A stretch of DNA of 64,000 nt from Candidatus Pacearchaeota archaeon (GTDB lineage Archaea > Nanobdellota > Nanobdellia > Pacearchaeales > GW2011-AR1): assembly GCA_016866955.1 (NCBI GenBank), contig VGKT01000001.1, positions 2,556 to 66,555 of the forward strand. The letters are read 5' to 3'. The first letter of the stretch is position 1. Every line of letters begins with the position of its first letter. Shown here in pieces: positions 50,582 through 60,173 of the stretch. The translations under genes were made by a program, and so were the position numbers. The notes under the pieces were generated by a model that was given only the letters and a program-made list of their open reading frames with translations, had not been told where the DNA came from and ran no database searches.

Positions 50582-52211
50582 AAAAATATTGTTTGCCACT
50601 TGGAGTTCAAAAAATAAAAACTGGCATGCCTATCAAATGTGGGACTCACCTTTAAGAAAAATGTTTGGTGAAGTGATTGTTTTTGATCCACAAGAAGAAA
50701 TTGCAAATAAAGGAAAAGATCAGATGAATCAAACATTTCTTAAATTATTAGAAAAGGAAAAGCCAGATTATGTTTTTATGTGGATAATGTTCGAGGAATT
50801 TTATCTTGAAACATTAGAAAAAATGAGGGCGATATGTCCAAAAACTAAATTTATTGAATTTACCGGTGATGATGATATAAAGTTTGAAGATCATACATTC
50901 CAATTATTTCCCTTCTTTGATTATTTCTTTATTACTCAATTACAATATGAAAAATGGTATAAAAAAGCTACAAAGAAAACCTTTTTTATGTGTGGTGCAA
51001 ACACTCATGAGTTTAAGCCTATAAAAACTAGTAAAAAATATGATGTAAGTTTTGTTGGAACGCCAAAAAGTGATCGAGCAGAAATAATGCGATTTTTAAT
51101 GAATAATGGGATAAAAATAAGAGTTTGCGGGGCAGGATGGGAAAAATATCCTGAATTTAATGAAGTCTATGGTGGAAAAATACCAACTGAAGATTTTACT
51201 AAACTAATTAATGAGACCAGAATCAACCTTTGTTTATCTAAAAATTATTTTGGTGGGCCTCATTTATTGGAAAGATTTTTTGAAATTAATGCCTGTAAAT
51301 CCTTTGTTTTAACTGAATATTGCGATGGATACTATACCCATTTTAAAGAAAATGAAGATATTGTCAGTTTTAAATCTAAAAAGGAGTTGTTAGAAAAAGT
51401 AAAATATTATCTTAAAAATGAAAAAGAAAGAGAAAAAATTGCAAAGAAAGCCTATAATAAAACCATAAAATCTTTTTCGAGTGAACTCTTGTTAAAGAAT
51501 GCTTTTAAGATAATTGAAAAAGATAAAGAGAATACGATTAAAAAACAAAATTTTGGAAAAATACTTTATTTAAAAGAAAATGAAATTTATGAATCTCTAG
51601 AAAATATGAAAAAGAAAGTTCTTGGATATGATTGTATTTGTTTCTCTAGTGAAAAATATAATATCTTGCCTTACAAAGATAAAATGCAATACTCTGCCCT
51701 TGATTTCTTTAATAAATCTATATGTGTTGCTGATGTATATAACTATTCAAGTTTAATAGGGAATTATTCTTTTATATGCTCTCGAGGAGTACAAGAATAT
51801 TTTGGCGATAAGATACTAAATAAATTAGTAAAACTCCCTCAATTAATGATCAAAAAAGATTATTTTATTAAGAATATCGAACAAATTAGAAATTTTGCTA
51901 AACTCAAATCCAATATTTTAAATCTTGATAATAGTACCTTTATATCTATCCCATTACTAATTTCAAAAAGAAAGGATTTTGTTCCCATGCAGAATAAAGA
52001 TCATCTTTATTTCCCTTTATTTGAATCTGAATTACTTATGCTAAAGAATAATAATAAAATTACCAAAAATACATATATTTTAAAGTTACTTTTATTTTCT
52101 GCTCTTTATAATAGAGAGGTTCTAAAATATTTGATGACAAATACTTTAAAGAAGAGTAAAAATGATAAAATGATCAAATGTGCAAATTATTTATCTAAAT
52201 TAATTTTTTAA
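50568..52211 (+). CDS. CgeB-like glycosyltransferase (DUF3880 + Glyco_trans_1_2-like) with an extra C-terminal region of about 200 aa
   Basis: YDVSFVGTPKSDRAEIMRFL...RINLCLSKN...ERFFEINACKSFVLTEY...ELLEKVKYYLKNEKEREKIAKKAY. Very AT-rich. Confidence 0.6.
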   Translation: MLKNKKILFATWSSKNKNWHAYQMWDSPLRKMFGEVIVFDPQEEIANKGKDQMNQTFLKLLEKEKPDYVFMWIMFEEFYLETLEKMRAICPKTKFIEFTGDDDIKFEDHTFQLFPFFDYFFITQLQYEKWYKKATKKTFFMCGANTHEFKPIKTSKKYDVSFVGTPKSDRAEIMRFLMNNGIKIRVCGAGWEKYPEFNEVYGGKIPTEDFTKLINETRINLCLSKNYFGGPHLLERFFEINACKSFVLTEYCDGYYTHFKENEDIVSFKSKKELLEKVKYYLKNEKEREKIAKKAYNKTIKSFSSELLLKNAFKIIEKDKENTIKKQNFGKILYLKENEIYESLENMKKKVLGYDCICFSSEKYNILPYKDKMQYSALDFFNKSICVADVYNYSSLIGNYSFICSRGVQEYFGDKILNKLVKLPQLMIKKDYFIKNIEQIRNFAKLKSNILNLDNSTFISIPLLISKRKDFVPMQNKDHLYFPLFESELLMLKNNNKITKNTYILKLLLFSALYNREVLKYLMTNTLKKSKNDKMIKCANYLSKLIF

Positions 52212-52212
52212 G

Positions 52213-52290
52213 GCTGCATTCTTACCATCTTAAAATATCCTTTAACCAATATTCTTTTTCCCTTTACGTTCTTTTATCTTAAATGTTTGC
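52213..52290 (+). pseudogene. fragment duplicating the 3' end of the methyltransferase gene at 52499..53230
   Basis: tgcattcttaccatcttaaaatatcctttaaccaatattctttttccctttacgttcttttatctt is about 90 percent identical to 53106..53171. It encodes CILTILKYPLTNILFPFTFFYL versus CILTILEYPLTNILFPFMLFHL. Confidence 0.6.
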
Positions 52291-52291
52291 T

Positions 52292-52441
52292 TTGCAAAGT
52301 AGGTCGTAACTGTCTTTTTATTAGTAATATCTAATTCTGCATGTGATGGCGTAAAAGTTGATAATTTTGTAAAAGGGGATTATTGAGCAATACCTTCCCT
52401 AATTTACCCGAAGCTCCCGTTATGAGTATTTTTCTTTTCAT
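52292..52441 (-). pseudogene. frameshifted N-terminal remnant of an RmlD-type SDR gene
   Basis: ATG at 52441 gives MKRKILITGASGKLGKVLLNNPLLQNYQLL, then a stop. The +1 frame continues TPSHAELDITNKKTVTTYFAKQ (RmlD-like ..ELDIT..) and then runs into the antisense of the methyltransferase fragment. Confidence 0.55.
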
Positions 52442-52498
52442 GGTGCTCTCTTTCTTTGCAAACCCCCTATTTATAAATATGTTCTACTTAAGAGAGAG

Positions 52499-53230
52499 AT
52501 GGTTCAAAAACAAGATATAATTACAGGAAGAGCTTCTTGGTTACAACAGAGTATTAATGTTATTCCAAAATCTTGGCGATTGCGCCTTAACCCTCGTCGT
52601 TATGCGATTGAAACCTTTGTTAGACAGAGCGCTTTGAAAATAAAACCCTCTTCCTTACTACTTGATGCTGGTGCAGGCCCTTGTCCCTATAAACCTTTTT
52701 TCGCTCACTGTACTTATCGAGCAACAGATTTTACTGATCCCCATCATCTTATGGACTTTACTTGTGATTTACAATCTATCCCTCAAAAAACAAACACTTA
52801 TGATGCTATTCTTTCAACTGAAGTTTTGGAACATGTTTCTGACCCCCTTGCAGTTTTAAAAGAAAAACGTCGAATTCTTAAAAAAGGAGGGGTATTGTAT
52901 CTTACTACCCCGCAGTCCTGGATGATGCATCAAAAACCGCACAACTATTTTTATTTTACCTATTTTGGGCTTAAACACCTTCTCAAAGAAGCAGGTTTCA
53001 CTCATTTTGTGATTAAGCCCAGGGGGGGATATTTTTGGAATCTTGCAGATACGCTTCGTTTTAACTCTTTGAGACAACAGTATCGCAACAATACCTTTCT
53101 TTATTGCATTCTTACCATCTTAGAATATCCTTTAACGAATATTCTCTTTCCTTTTATGCTCTTTCATCTTGATTGGATTGATCAACAAAGAGACTGGACT
53201 ATGGGTTGGACAGTAACAGCAATAAAATAA
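52499..53230 (+). CDS. class I SAM-dependent methyltransferase
   Basis: LLLDAGAGPCPY motif I, ILSTEVLEHV, GGVLYLTTP. Confidence 0.8.
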   Translation: MVQKQDIITGRASWLQQSINVIPKSWRLRLNPRRYAIETFVRQSALKIKPSSLLLDAGAGPCPYKPFFAHCTYRATDFTDPHHLMDFTCDLQSIPQKTNTYDAILSTEVLEHVSDPLAVLKEKRRILKKGGVLYLTTPQSWMMHQKPHNYFYFTYFGLKHLLKEAGFTHFVIKPRGGYFWNLADTLRFNSLRQQYRNNTFLYCILTILEYPLTNILFPFMLFHLDWIDQQRDWTMGWTVTAIK

Positions 53231-53232
53231 CT

Positions 53233-54780
53233 TTAATTTCGTACTGCCTTTACTTTTTCGAAAAATCTTTTTTTAATTGATAATAATACTGCATAATCTT
53301 GTGTATCAAAAGTTTTTAGAAACATAAGCAAGCCTACATATAAAACCCCTCCAAAAACAAGCAGGAGTATTAAGGTACCCAGATTAATTGAAATATAGGT
53401 ACCAATCCATTTCAAAAAGAGGATATAACTTAAAGCACTAAAAATAACTTTTATCAATACCGTTTTAGCAATTGGTGAAGTAGCGATTGTTTTTCTTACC
53501 TGAATAAAAAGAATTCCTAGAAAAACTAACCAGGTAATCGCTGTACCTTGAGCTACGCCCAGAATTCCCCATTTTTCTACTAACAGTATGTTGAGCACTA
53601 GATTAAGAATAACCATTGCTGTAACATTATAAGCGAGCAATTTTGTCTTACCTTGAGCTGTTAAGAGCGTGCTTAAGCCATTCGTCAATGAACCGAGTAA
53701 TCCCCCAAATGCAAGAATTTTGATACTCTCTTCTGCTCCACTATAGGCTGGTCCAAAAAGAAGATTAATGAAAACACCTGGAAAAGTATACAAGGCGATT
53801 GCCAGGGGAACATTTCCAATTAATACCCATTTGTTAACTCTCCTTACTAAATATTGAATATCAGACATTTTTCCCTTTGCAAAATAATTGCTTAAAAGTG
53901 GAAGGAACAATTGCATAAATAATTCTGGAAGAATGCCTAAAAGCGCAATAAGAGTAATTGCAACAGAGTACATCCCCACTTGTTCAGGACTCAAAAAATG
54001 CCCTACAACTAATGAATCGGTCCAAAAAAGCATACTAAAAATAATGCCCGTATAAAGGAGAGGTAAAGAATAATAGAAAACTTCTTTTCTTAGTTTTTCT
54101 TGTTTTGCACTTTTTGAAAAAGTTAAAGTTGAATATTTTCTTCTAATATTATAGGTAAATTTCCAACCGAGAAAAGTAAGAATAAAAGCGGTTAGAACAT
54201 GACTTAAAGGAAGTGCAAAGGATGCTTTAAAAAACAATAAGGCAGTACATAATAGAAGCACCTTTAGAATTCCTTGTGTTGCATTACTTACAAAGGTATA
54301 TTTTTTAATATCTTCATGGCCCCTCAACAAAGCAAGATAAAACCCGCTTAGAACTGTAAAGGGTATGCTTATTGCGGTGATCTGTAACATATAGGTTAGA
54401 AGTTGATTTTTTTGAAAAAAAGAAGCGATAAATTCTGCTCCAAAAAATATGCCTAAACAAATAAAAAAACTCATGAAAAGTATTTTTCTTTCAACATCGT
54501 TTATTATAGTGCCCATTGAGGCATTATTTTTCTTTCCTCGTAAAAAACTAATATATCTGACAATGCCTTCACTGAGGCCTAACGAACTCAAAGTTATTCC
54601 AATCCCTATGAGAACCAGAGTCAATGAAAAAGTCCCAAATTCTTCAGGAGTGGCATATCGAGCAATAGCGATTTTATAAAAATAACCAGCAATTTTTGCA
54701 AGTAAAATGCTTAGGAATACAACAATTGAGCTCTTTGCTAAACGAGAAAGTGCTTCCTCCCTAGATTCTAATAAACCCAT
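53233..54780 (-). CDS. polysaccharide/oligosaccharide flippase (Wzx/MOP family)
   Basis: 515 aa with about 14 TM segments. N-terminal ..KIAGYFYKIAIARYATPEEFG is typical of polysacc_synt flippases. Confidence 0.85.
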   Translation of the reverse strand: MGLLESREEALSRLAKSSIVVFLSILLAKIAGYFYKIAIARYATPEEFGTFSLTLVLIGIGITLSSLGLSEGIVRYISFLRGKKNNASMGTIINDVERKILFMSFFICLGIFFGAEFIASFFQKNQLLTYMLQITAISIPFTVLSGFYLALLRGHEDIKKYTFVSNATQGILKVLLLCTALLFFKASFALPLSHVLTAFILTFLGWKFTYNIRRKYSTLTFSKSAKQEKLRKEVFYYSLPLLYTGIIFSMLFWTDSLVVGHFLSPEQVGMYSVAITLIALLGILPELFMQLFLPLLSNYFAKGKMSDIQYLVRRVNKWVLIGNVPLAIALYTFPGVFINLLFGPAYSGAEESIKILAFGGLLGSLTNGLSTLLTAQGKTKLLAYNVTAMVILNLVLNILLVEKWGILGVAQGTAITWLVFLGILFIQVRKTIATSPIAKTVLIKVIFSALSYILFLKWIGTYISINLGTLILLLVFGGVLYVGLLMFLKTFDTQDYAVLLSIKKRFFEKVKAVRN

Positions 54781-54828
54781 ATCATTCTATATTAAATTGC
54801 CTTAAAATACTTAAGTAACCTTCTTTCT

Positions 54829-55797
54829 TTAGTTTTTGTAGAGAGGAACAAGATTTCCCCGTCTAATTTCAGCAAGATTTCTTATTGTATATATAAGTGA
54901 TTTGATAAATAATTTTAATTTGAGCCATTCCACAATTCTTCTTTTTTTAAGAATAAGTAGCGCTCTAAGAATAGTAATACCTGTTAAACACCAAATAAAA
55001 ATTGTTTTTTCTTTTATATTGCTATTAAAATTTTTATAATTAAAATAAAAATGATTTATTTGATTCATATACGCTAACTTCTCAGTGGGCATTCTTTCAG
55101 CTAATGAGGCCCTATGAACAAGTTTAGCCTTGGGTGTTAAAATAAGACTTCCAGGATATTTTTTATTTATGCGATAAGTAAAATCAAAATCTTCTCCCAA
55201 AGCATAACGTGTTAATTTCTCATCGAAATAAAATTCTTTGCAAATTTCTTTTTTAAAAACCATATTAAAACCTGAAAGCCATTGTGTATCTATTATTTTA
55301 GTAAGAGTGTGTGGATAAGTTGCACCATATGCTGAAAGTACACGCATCTTATTTTCTTCAAAACACTCTATTCGAAAAATTCGCTTAATAACGTTCTCAA
55401 ATAAATTGACCTTTTTTAATTCACGTGGTAGAAAATAACCGCTTACTCCTTTCGTTAAATTATTTTTGTTGAACACATCCAAAATATTTTCAAAATAGGC
55501 TTTATCAAGCGTGACATCATCATCTAAGAAACAAATTAATTTTGTTTCCTTTGAAACTTTTTCTACTCCAAGATTTCTAGCCTTTGTTAATGAAGGAATT
55601 TTTGCTCGAATACATTTTATTTTCTTATTTTTGAGAGAATCAATTAATATGCTTGTTTTATTATCCTTACTTTGATCGATAATTAAAATCTCATTAAGTT
55701 CCGCCCAATTTTCTTTAAAGGATAGAAGTGTCTCTTTTAGATCTTCTGAGCGATTATATGTGGGTATAATTACTGAAAGATGTTTAAGAAAATACAT
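54829..55797 (-). CDS. family 2 glycosyltransferase
   Basis: SVIIPTYNRSEDL...FLDDDV...GFNMVFKK; C-terminal TM. Confidence 0.8.
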   Translation of the reverse strand: MYFLKHLSVIIPTYNRSEDLKETLLSFKENWAELNEILIIDQSKDNKTSILIDSLKNKKIKCIRAKIPSLTKARNLGVEKVSKETKLICFLDDDVTLDKAYFENILDVFNKNNLTKGVSGYFLPRELKKVNLFENVIKRIFRIECFEENKMRVLSAYGATYPHTLTKIIDTQWLSGFNMVFKKEICKEFYFDEKLTRYALGEDFDFTYRINKKYPGSLILTPKAKLVHRASLAERMPTEKLAYMNQINHFYFNYKNFNSNIKEKTIFIWCLTGITILRALLILKKRRIVEWLKLKLFIKSLIYTIRNLAEIRRGNLVPLYKN

Positions 55798-55803
55798 ACT
55801 TAT

Positions 55804-56322
55804 TTATTTTACAACCTCTAAATCAAAATATAAACTTACTGCTGGAAAAAGAAAAGAAAAGAAAAAATAATATATTTTTTGATTGGTCTCAGAAAAATTT
55901 ACAATGTAATTTAAAAACTTTAGATATTTATGGAAAAATATTCTTCTTTCTTTAATTATGAACCTGGCCTTCGAATAATAATTAAGCCCATCATTTTCCC
56001 TAAAGTAATTAAAAGTGAGAAAAGTGTATACTGATTTATGTGTTGGATCAGTAAAAGCCCAAATACTTGGATAGATAGGTACTTTTACAATAATTCGTCC
56101 ATTTGGCTTGGTTATCCTCCACAATTCTTCAATAGGTTTAATTATTTCTGAAAGATGTTCTAAAATATTATCACAAAAAACCTCATCAAATTCATTATTT
56201 TTGAAAGGCCAAGGATATTTTTCAAGATTATGTACTTTGTCTACCCCTGGAAGTGAGACACTATCTACATTTACATATCCTTTTTTGATAACTTTACCAC
56301 ACCCTAAATTGAGTTTTTTCAT
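55804..56322 (-). CDS. SAM-dependent methyltransferase (type 11)
   Basis: MKKLNLGCGK...FDEVFCDNILEHL...NGRIIVKVP. Start trimmed to ATG 56322. Confidence 0.75.
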   Translation of the reverse strand: MKKLNLGCGKVIKKGYVNVDSVSLPGVDKVHNLEKYPWPFKNNEFDEVFCDNILEHLSEIIKPIEELWRITKPNGRIIVKVPIYPSIWAFTDPTHKSVYTFLTFNYFRENDGLNYYSKARFIIKERRIFFHKYLKFLNYIVNFSETNQKIYYFFFSFLFPAVSLYFDLEVVK

Positions 56323-56324
56323 AT

Positions 56325-57125
56325 TTACAGGGTTTGTTTTCCCCTTATAAAACCTTCCCAAAAACCTAAAAAATATTTATAATGTACGATTGATGAAATT
56401 GCAATAAAATAAAAACTAAGCTCTTTTGCTTTTTTATAAGGGAAAGAAACAAGTAAAGGAATAATTCCAATTAAGGGTATTGCTTTAATTAAGCCTTTGT
56501 GCCATCCTGGCATTTTTGTGCCATATATTCTTACAAGCGTTCCGAATCCATTAGCATATTGGCGCTCTTTATTGAGCCGAGAAAAGCCAGTAGTTTTATG
56601 AAGATGAATCACAGTGGCTTCAGGATAAGCGATAATACCTTTATTCTTTAATTTAATATATAAATCAAAATCTTCTCCTGCAGTTCTAAAATTTTTTTCA
56701 TCAAAAAAACCAACTTCCTTTAAAACGCTTCTTTTATAGGCACAACCCTTTTCATCAAGCAATGGTTGAATAACCCCTAGTTCTTTTAAAGTGAGTGCTT
56801 GTGCAATCTTATCGAATGATTCCCAAAGAGAAATAGGAAGCTCAACTTTAGAAACTGTTGCAATTATTCTCTTTTCTTTAAAAGGTTTCACTAGATTTTC
56901 AAGCCAAAATTTACCTTGAGGAATACAATCTTGATGAAGTGAAACGACTATTTCGTTTTTTGCCTTTCTAAAACCTGTATTCATTGATTCCGCAAGTCCT
57001 TTTCCAATATTTATTTGAATTATCTCACTTTTTCCTTTATAAGATTGATTCTTTAATTCGACTAAAATTTTTTTTAAGATCTCTTTATCTGGATTATGAA
57101 CGGGAATTATTATTGAAACGCCCAT
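56325..57125 (-). CDS. family 2 glycosyltransferase
   Basis: VSIIIPVHNPDKEIL...SLHQDCIP...GEDFDL. Confidence 0.8.
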   Translation of the reverse strand: MGVSIIIPVHNPDKEILKKILVELKNQSYKGKSEIIQINIGKGLAESMNTGFRKAKNEIVVSLHQDCIPQGKFWLENLVKPFKEKRIIATVSKVELPISLWESFDKIAQALTLKELGVIQPLLDEKGCAYKRSVLKEVGFFDEKNFRTAGEDFDLYIKLKNKGIIAYPEATVIHLHKTTGFSRLNKERQYANGFGTLVRIYGTKMPGWHKGLIKAIPLIGIIPLLVSFPYKKAKELSFYFIAISSIVHYKYFLGFWEGFIRGKQTL

Positions 57126-57132
57126 GAACTTT

Positions 57133-58074
57133 TTACCCTTTCTCCTTTATCTCTTTTGAGTTAATGCCCCAATCAAACTTAGTCATATATTCTAGAATAC
57201 ATGTTCTCCAATCTCTAGTGATATTAATATTAAATAATTTTAGTTTATAATTTAATAAATGTTCTGATCTTGGTCGAGGAGCAAAATAATCTTCTCTGAT
57301 AAATTTCTTCAAATTTACAGTTTTAACTTTATGAATTTTAATTTTTTTGCAATTTAAACCGGTTAAGATTACTTTTGCTACATCAAATCTACTTCCCCCG
57401 CCCTCACATACTGAATTATAAGTCCCATAAGGGCAAGTAGTGACTACTTTTTCAATAACCTTTGCAAAGTCATAAGTATATGTGGGGGTCCCCATTTTAT
57501 CATTAACAACATAAAGTTCCTTTTTTCCATTTTTTAATTGATTTATAATTTTATTAATAAATTTTTTATCTTTTCTTGGACCTCCCCCCATCATCCATCC
57601 TTGTCTAAATAACCAATAATCATTTAAAATTTCTTTTATGCTAGTCTCTCCTGCATATTTTGATCGCCCATACACATTAATTGGGTCGCCTATTTCAAAA
57701 TCATCGTACTCTTTCTTTTGTCCATTAAAAATACCTGCTGTAGAAATATGAACTAAGGGGATCGCTTGTTTTTTGCAGATTCTTGCTAAATTTTCAACCC
57801 CTAAAGTATTCACTTTGAAAGCATGAAGAGGATTTTTTTCGCAATATTCTAGATCTGTAAGTGCTGCTAAATTAATAATAAGTTGAGGACTTATTTGAGA
57901 AACAAGTTCTCTTACTTTTTTAAAGTCAGTTATATCTAAATAATGTAACCAAGACTCATTTAAATCGATATCCGTAGCATATACTTTTGCAAATTTCTTA
58001 AAATGACCAAATACCGCTTCCCCTAACATTCCACCACATCCAAGGATTAAAATTTTTTTATCTCTTAATTCCAT
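57133..58074 (-). CDS. RmlD-substrate-binding-type SDR (4-ketoreductase-like)
   Basis: ILILGCGGMLG, LDITDFKKV, INLAALTDLEYCE, YGRSKYAGE. Confidence 0.75.
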   Translation of the reverse strand: MELRDKKILILGCGGMLGEAVFGHFKKFAKVYATDIDLNESWLHYLDITDFKKVRELVSQISPQLIINLAALTDLEYCEKNPLHAFKVNTLGVENLARICKKQAIPLVHISTAGIFNGQKKEYDDFEIGDPINVYGRSKYAGETSIKEILNDYWLFRQGWMMGGGPRKDKKFINKIINQLKNGKKELYVVNDKMGTPTYTYDFAKVIEKVVTTCPYGTYNSVCEGGGSRFDVAKVILTGLNCKKIKIHKVKTVNLKKFIREDYFAPRPRSEHLLNYKLKLFNINITRDWRTCILEYMTKFDWGINSKEIKEKG

Positions 58075-58152
58075 AGGCCTAAGAATTAGCCATTCTCTTT
58101 AAACATTGTGCTTTTCCTATATTTTATATACTCTTTTCTTTTTAGATCGATT

Positions 58153-59268
58153 ATGAAAATCCTGGAATTAACGACTTTTAGTGCTGGAGGATGTGGAGTA
58201 TGGAGACGAGTACAACAAGAAGCTACCCTTCTTGCTTCACGAGGACACCAGGTAACTGTATTCTCAACGAATAGGGTTAAAGGAGAACCGGGCACTGCAG
58301 AGGAAGAAGAAAAACAGGGTAAAGTAGTTATCAAACGATTCCCTGCTTGGAAATTAGGAGGTGAGAGTTATATGCATTGGAACTGTCTTTCAGACATACT
58401 TACTCTTAAACCTGATGTGATTATTGCTCATTCCTATCGACATACCCATACTCATATCGCTTTACAAGCAAAAAAGAAACTTGGGTGTAAAGTCTTTCTA
58501 GTAACACATGCCCCTTTTGGAAGAGAGAACTCACGGGGACTTTTTGGAAATCTTGCCGTCTCATTCTATGATACCTTCCGCGGTCCTCAAAAACTCAAAC
58601 AATTTGATGGTATCTTTACCATTGCCCATTGGGAAGAACCCTATTTAGAAAAACTAGGAGTACCGAAAGAAAAACTGACATATCTCCCGAATGGCATTGA
58701 CACTGCATTCTTTAGTAAAACAAAAACGGGCTCAGGTAACGATGCCTTGCTTTTCTTGGGAAGAATTGCCCCTATCAAACAGATTGAAACGGTTCTTGAA
58801 GCACTTAGTTCATTGCCCCTATCAAAGCGTATTCCCTTTACGATTGTCGGCCCGGGTGAACTAAGTTATACTACTCACTTACGTTCCCTTATTAGTAAAC
58901 TTGGACTTAGCGATATGGTAACATTGACTGATACTTCATACACCGCTACAGAGGCGCGCACTTGGTTAGATAGTCATCGTTATTTTATCCTTCCGAGTAA
59001 AAGTGAAGGAATGCCTCAAGCACTTGTGGAAGCGATGGCTCGTGGTCGAGTGGTAATTGGAAGCAATAATTCGGGAAATACGGAACTTATACAGTCTGAA
59101 CAAAATGGTTTTCTTTATACTAATGGAGATACTCTTGCACTTGCGAGCCTCTTAACTACCCTCCCTCTTTCATCTTCTGCTTGTGAGAAACTTGGATCAA
59201 AGGCATATCGTACTGCACGAGGATTTGTTTGGGAAACGATTATTGATAAAATGGAGCGAATTTTATGA
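58153..59268 (+). CDS. family 4 (GT-B) glycosyltransferase
   Basis: PSKSEGMPQALVEAMARGRVVIGSNNSGNTELI (EX7E). Start trimmed to ATG 58153. Confidence 0.85.
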   Translation: MKILELTTFSAGGCGVWRRVQQEATLLASRGHQVTVFSTNRVKGEPGTAEEEEKQGKVVIKRFPAWKLGGESYMHWNCLSDILTLKPDVIIAHSYRHTHTHIALQAKKKLGCKVFLVTHAPFGRENSRGLFGNLAVSFYDTFRGPQKLKQFDGIFTIAHWEEPYLEKLGVPKEKLTYLPNGIDTAFFSKTKTGSGNDALLFLGRIAPIKQIETVLEALSSLPLSKRIPFTIVGPGELSYTTHLRSLISKLGLSDMVTLTDTSYTATEARTWLDSHRYFILPSKSEGMPQALVEAMARGRVVIGSNNSGNTELIQSEQNGFLYTNGDTLALASLLTTLPLSSSACEKLGSKAYRTARGFVWETIIDKMERIL

Positions 59269-60173
59269 AAACACTTATCATTAACATTGGTCCTCCAGGT
59301 GATGTTTTACGAACGACCGTCCTCCTTTCAGCTCTAGATGGAGAAATTGATTGGTTGACGAGTAGCAAATGTAAAGAAGTTTTACTTTCAAAAAAAATTA
59401 AAACTATTTATTTTATAGACTCGCCCCCCTCTATTGAAAATCTTATAAAAGATAAGTATGACGTAGTGATTAGTTTAAATGAAGAAGAAAAAGCAATGAA
59501 GATTTTACCTTTAATTAAACATACTAAACTTATTGGAGTTTATCCTGAAAAAATGAAAGTTTTTTACACACCTGAAAGTGCTCCTTGGTTTGACATGTCC
59601 TTAGTGAGCACCTTCGGAAAACAAAAAGCCGATGAACTGAAAATGAACAATAAAAAAACACTGCAAGAAATGCTTTTAACAATGGTTAATAAAAAATGGA
59701 TAAATCAAACTTACGATTTGGGAATAAAACCTTCTAAAAAACTAACTGGAAAAGTTGGAATGATTAATGTGGCAACAGGGCTTTGGCCAAATAAAAATTG
59801 GGCCGGATATGAGCAATTAGCTGAACAATTAAAACAAGAAGGAATAATTGTTAATTTTCTTGGGATTAAACCCACAATAACTGAACATATTCACGATATT
59901 AATCAATGTGACCTTATTGTCTGTGGAGATACGCTTGGTCTTCATATCGCTCTTGCCCTTAAAAAAAAAGTTGTTGTTCTCTTTAATTGCACTTCTCCGT
60001 ATGAAATTTATGATTATGGCTTAGCTATTAAAATAATTAGCCCGAAACTTAAAGAATATTTTTATAAAAAAGAATATTCTTTAGAAGCGACAACTGCAAT
60101 TGACGTTGCAACGGTTTATCAAGCAGTTAAAAAACAATTAAAAACCCTTGGAAAAAAGAACAAAAATGATTGA
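59265..60173 (+). CDS. family 9 glycosyltransferase (heptosyltransferase-like)
   Basis: MKTLIINIGPPGDVLRTTVLLSAL and DLIVCGDTLGLHIALALKKKVVVLFNCTSP match GT9 N- and C-terminal signatures. Confidence 0.65.
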   Translation: MKTLIINIGPPGDVLRTTVLLSALDGEIDWLTSSKCKEVLLSKKIKTIYFIDSPPSIENLIKDKYDVVISLNEEEKAMKILPLIKHTKLIGVYPEKMKVFYTPESAPWFDMSLVSTFGKQKADELKMNNKKTLQEMLLTMVNKKWINQTYDLGIKPSKKLTGKVGMINVATGLWPNKNWAGYEQLAEQLKQEGIIVNFLGIKPTITEHIHDINQCDLIVCGDTLGLHIALALKKKVVVLFNCTSPYEIYDYGLAIKIISPKLKEYFYKKEYSLEATTAIDVATVYQAVKKQLKTLGKKNKND

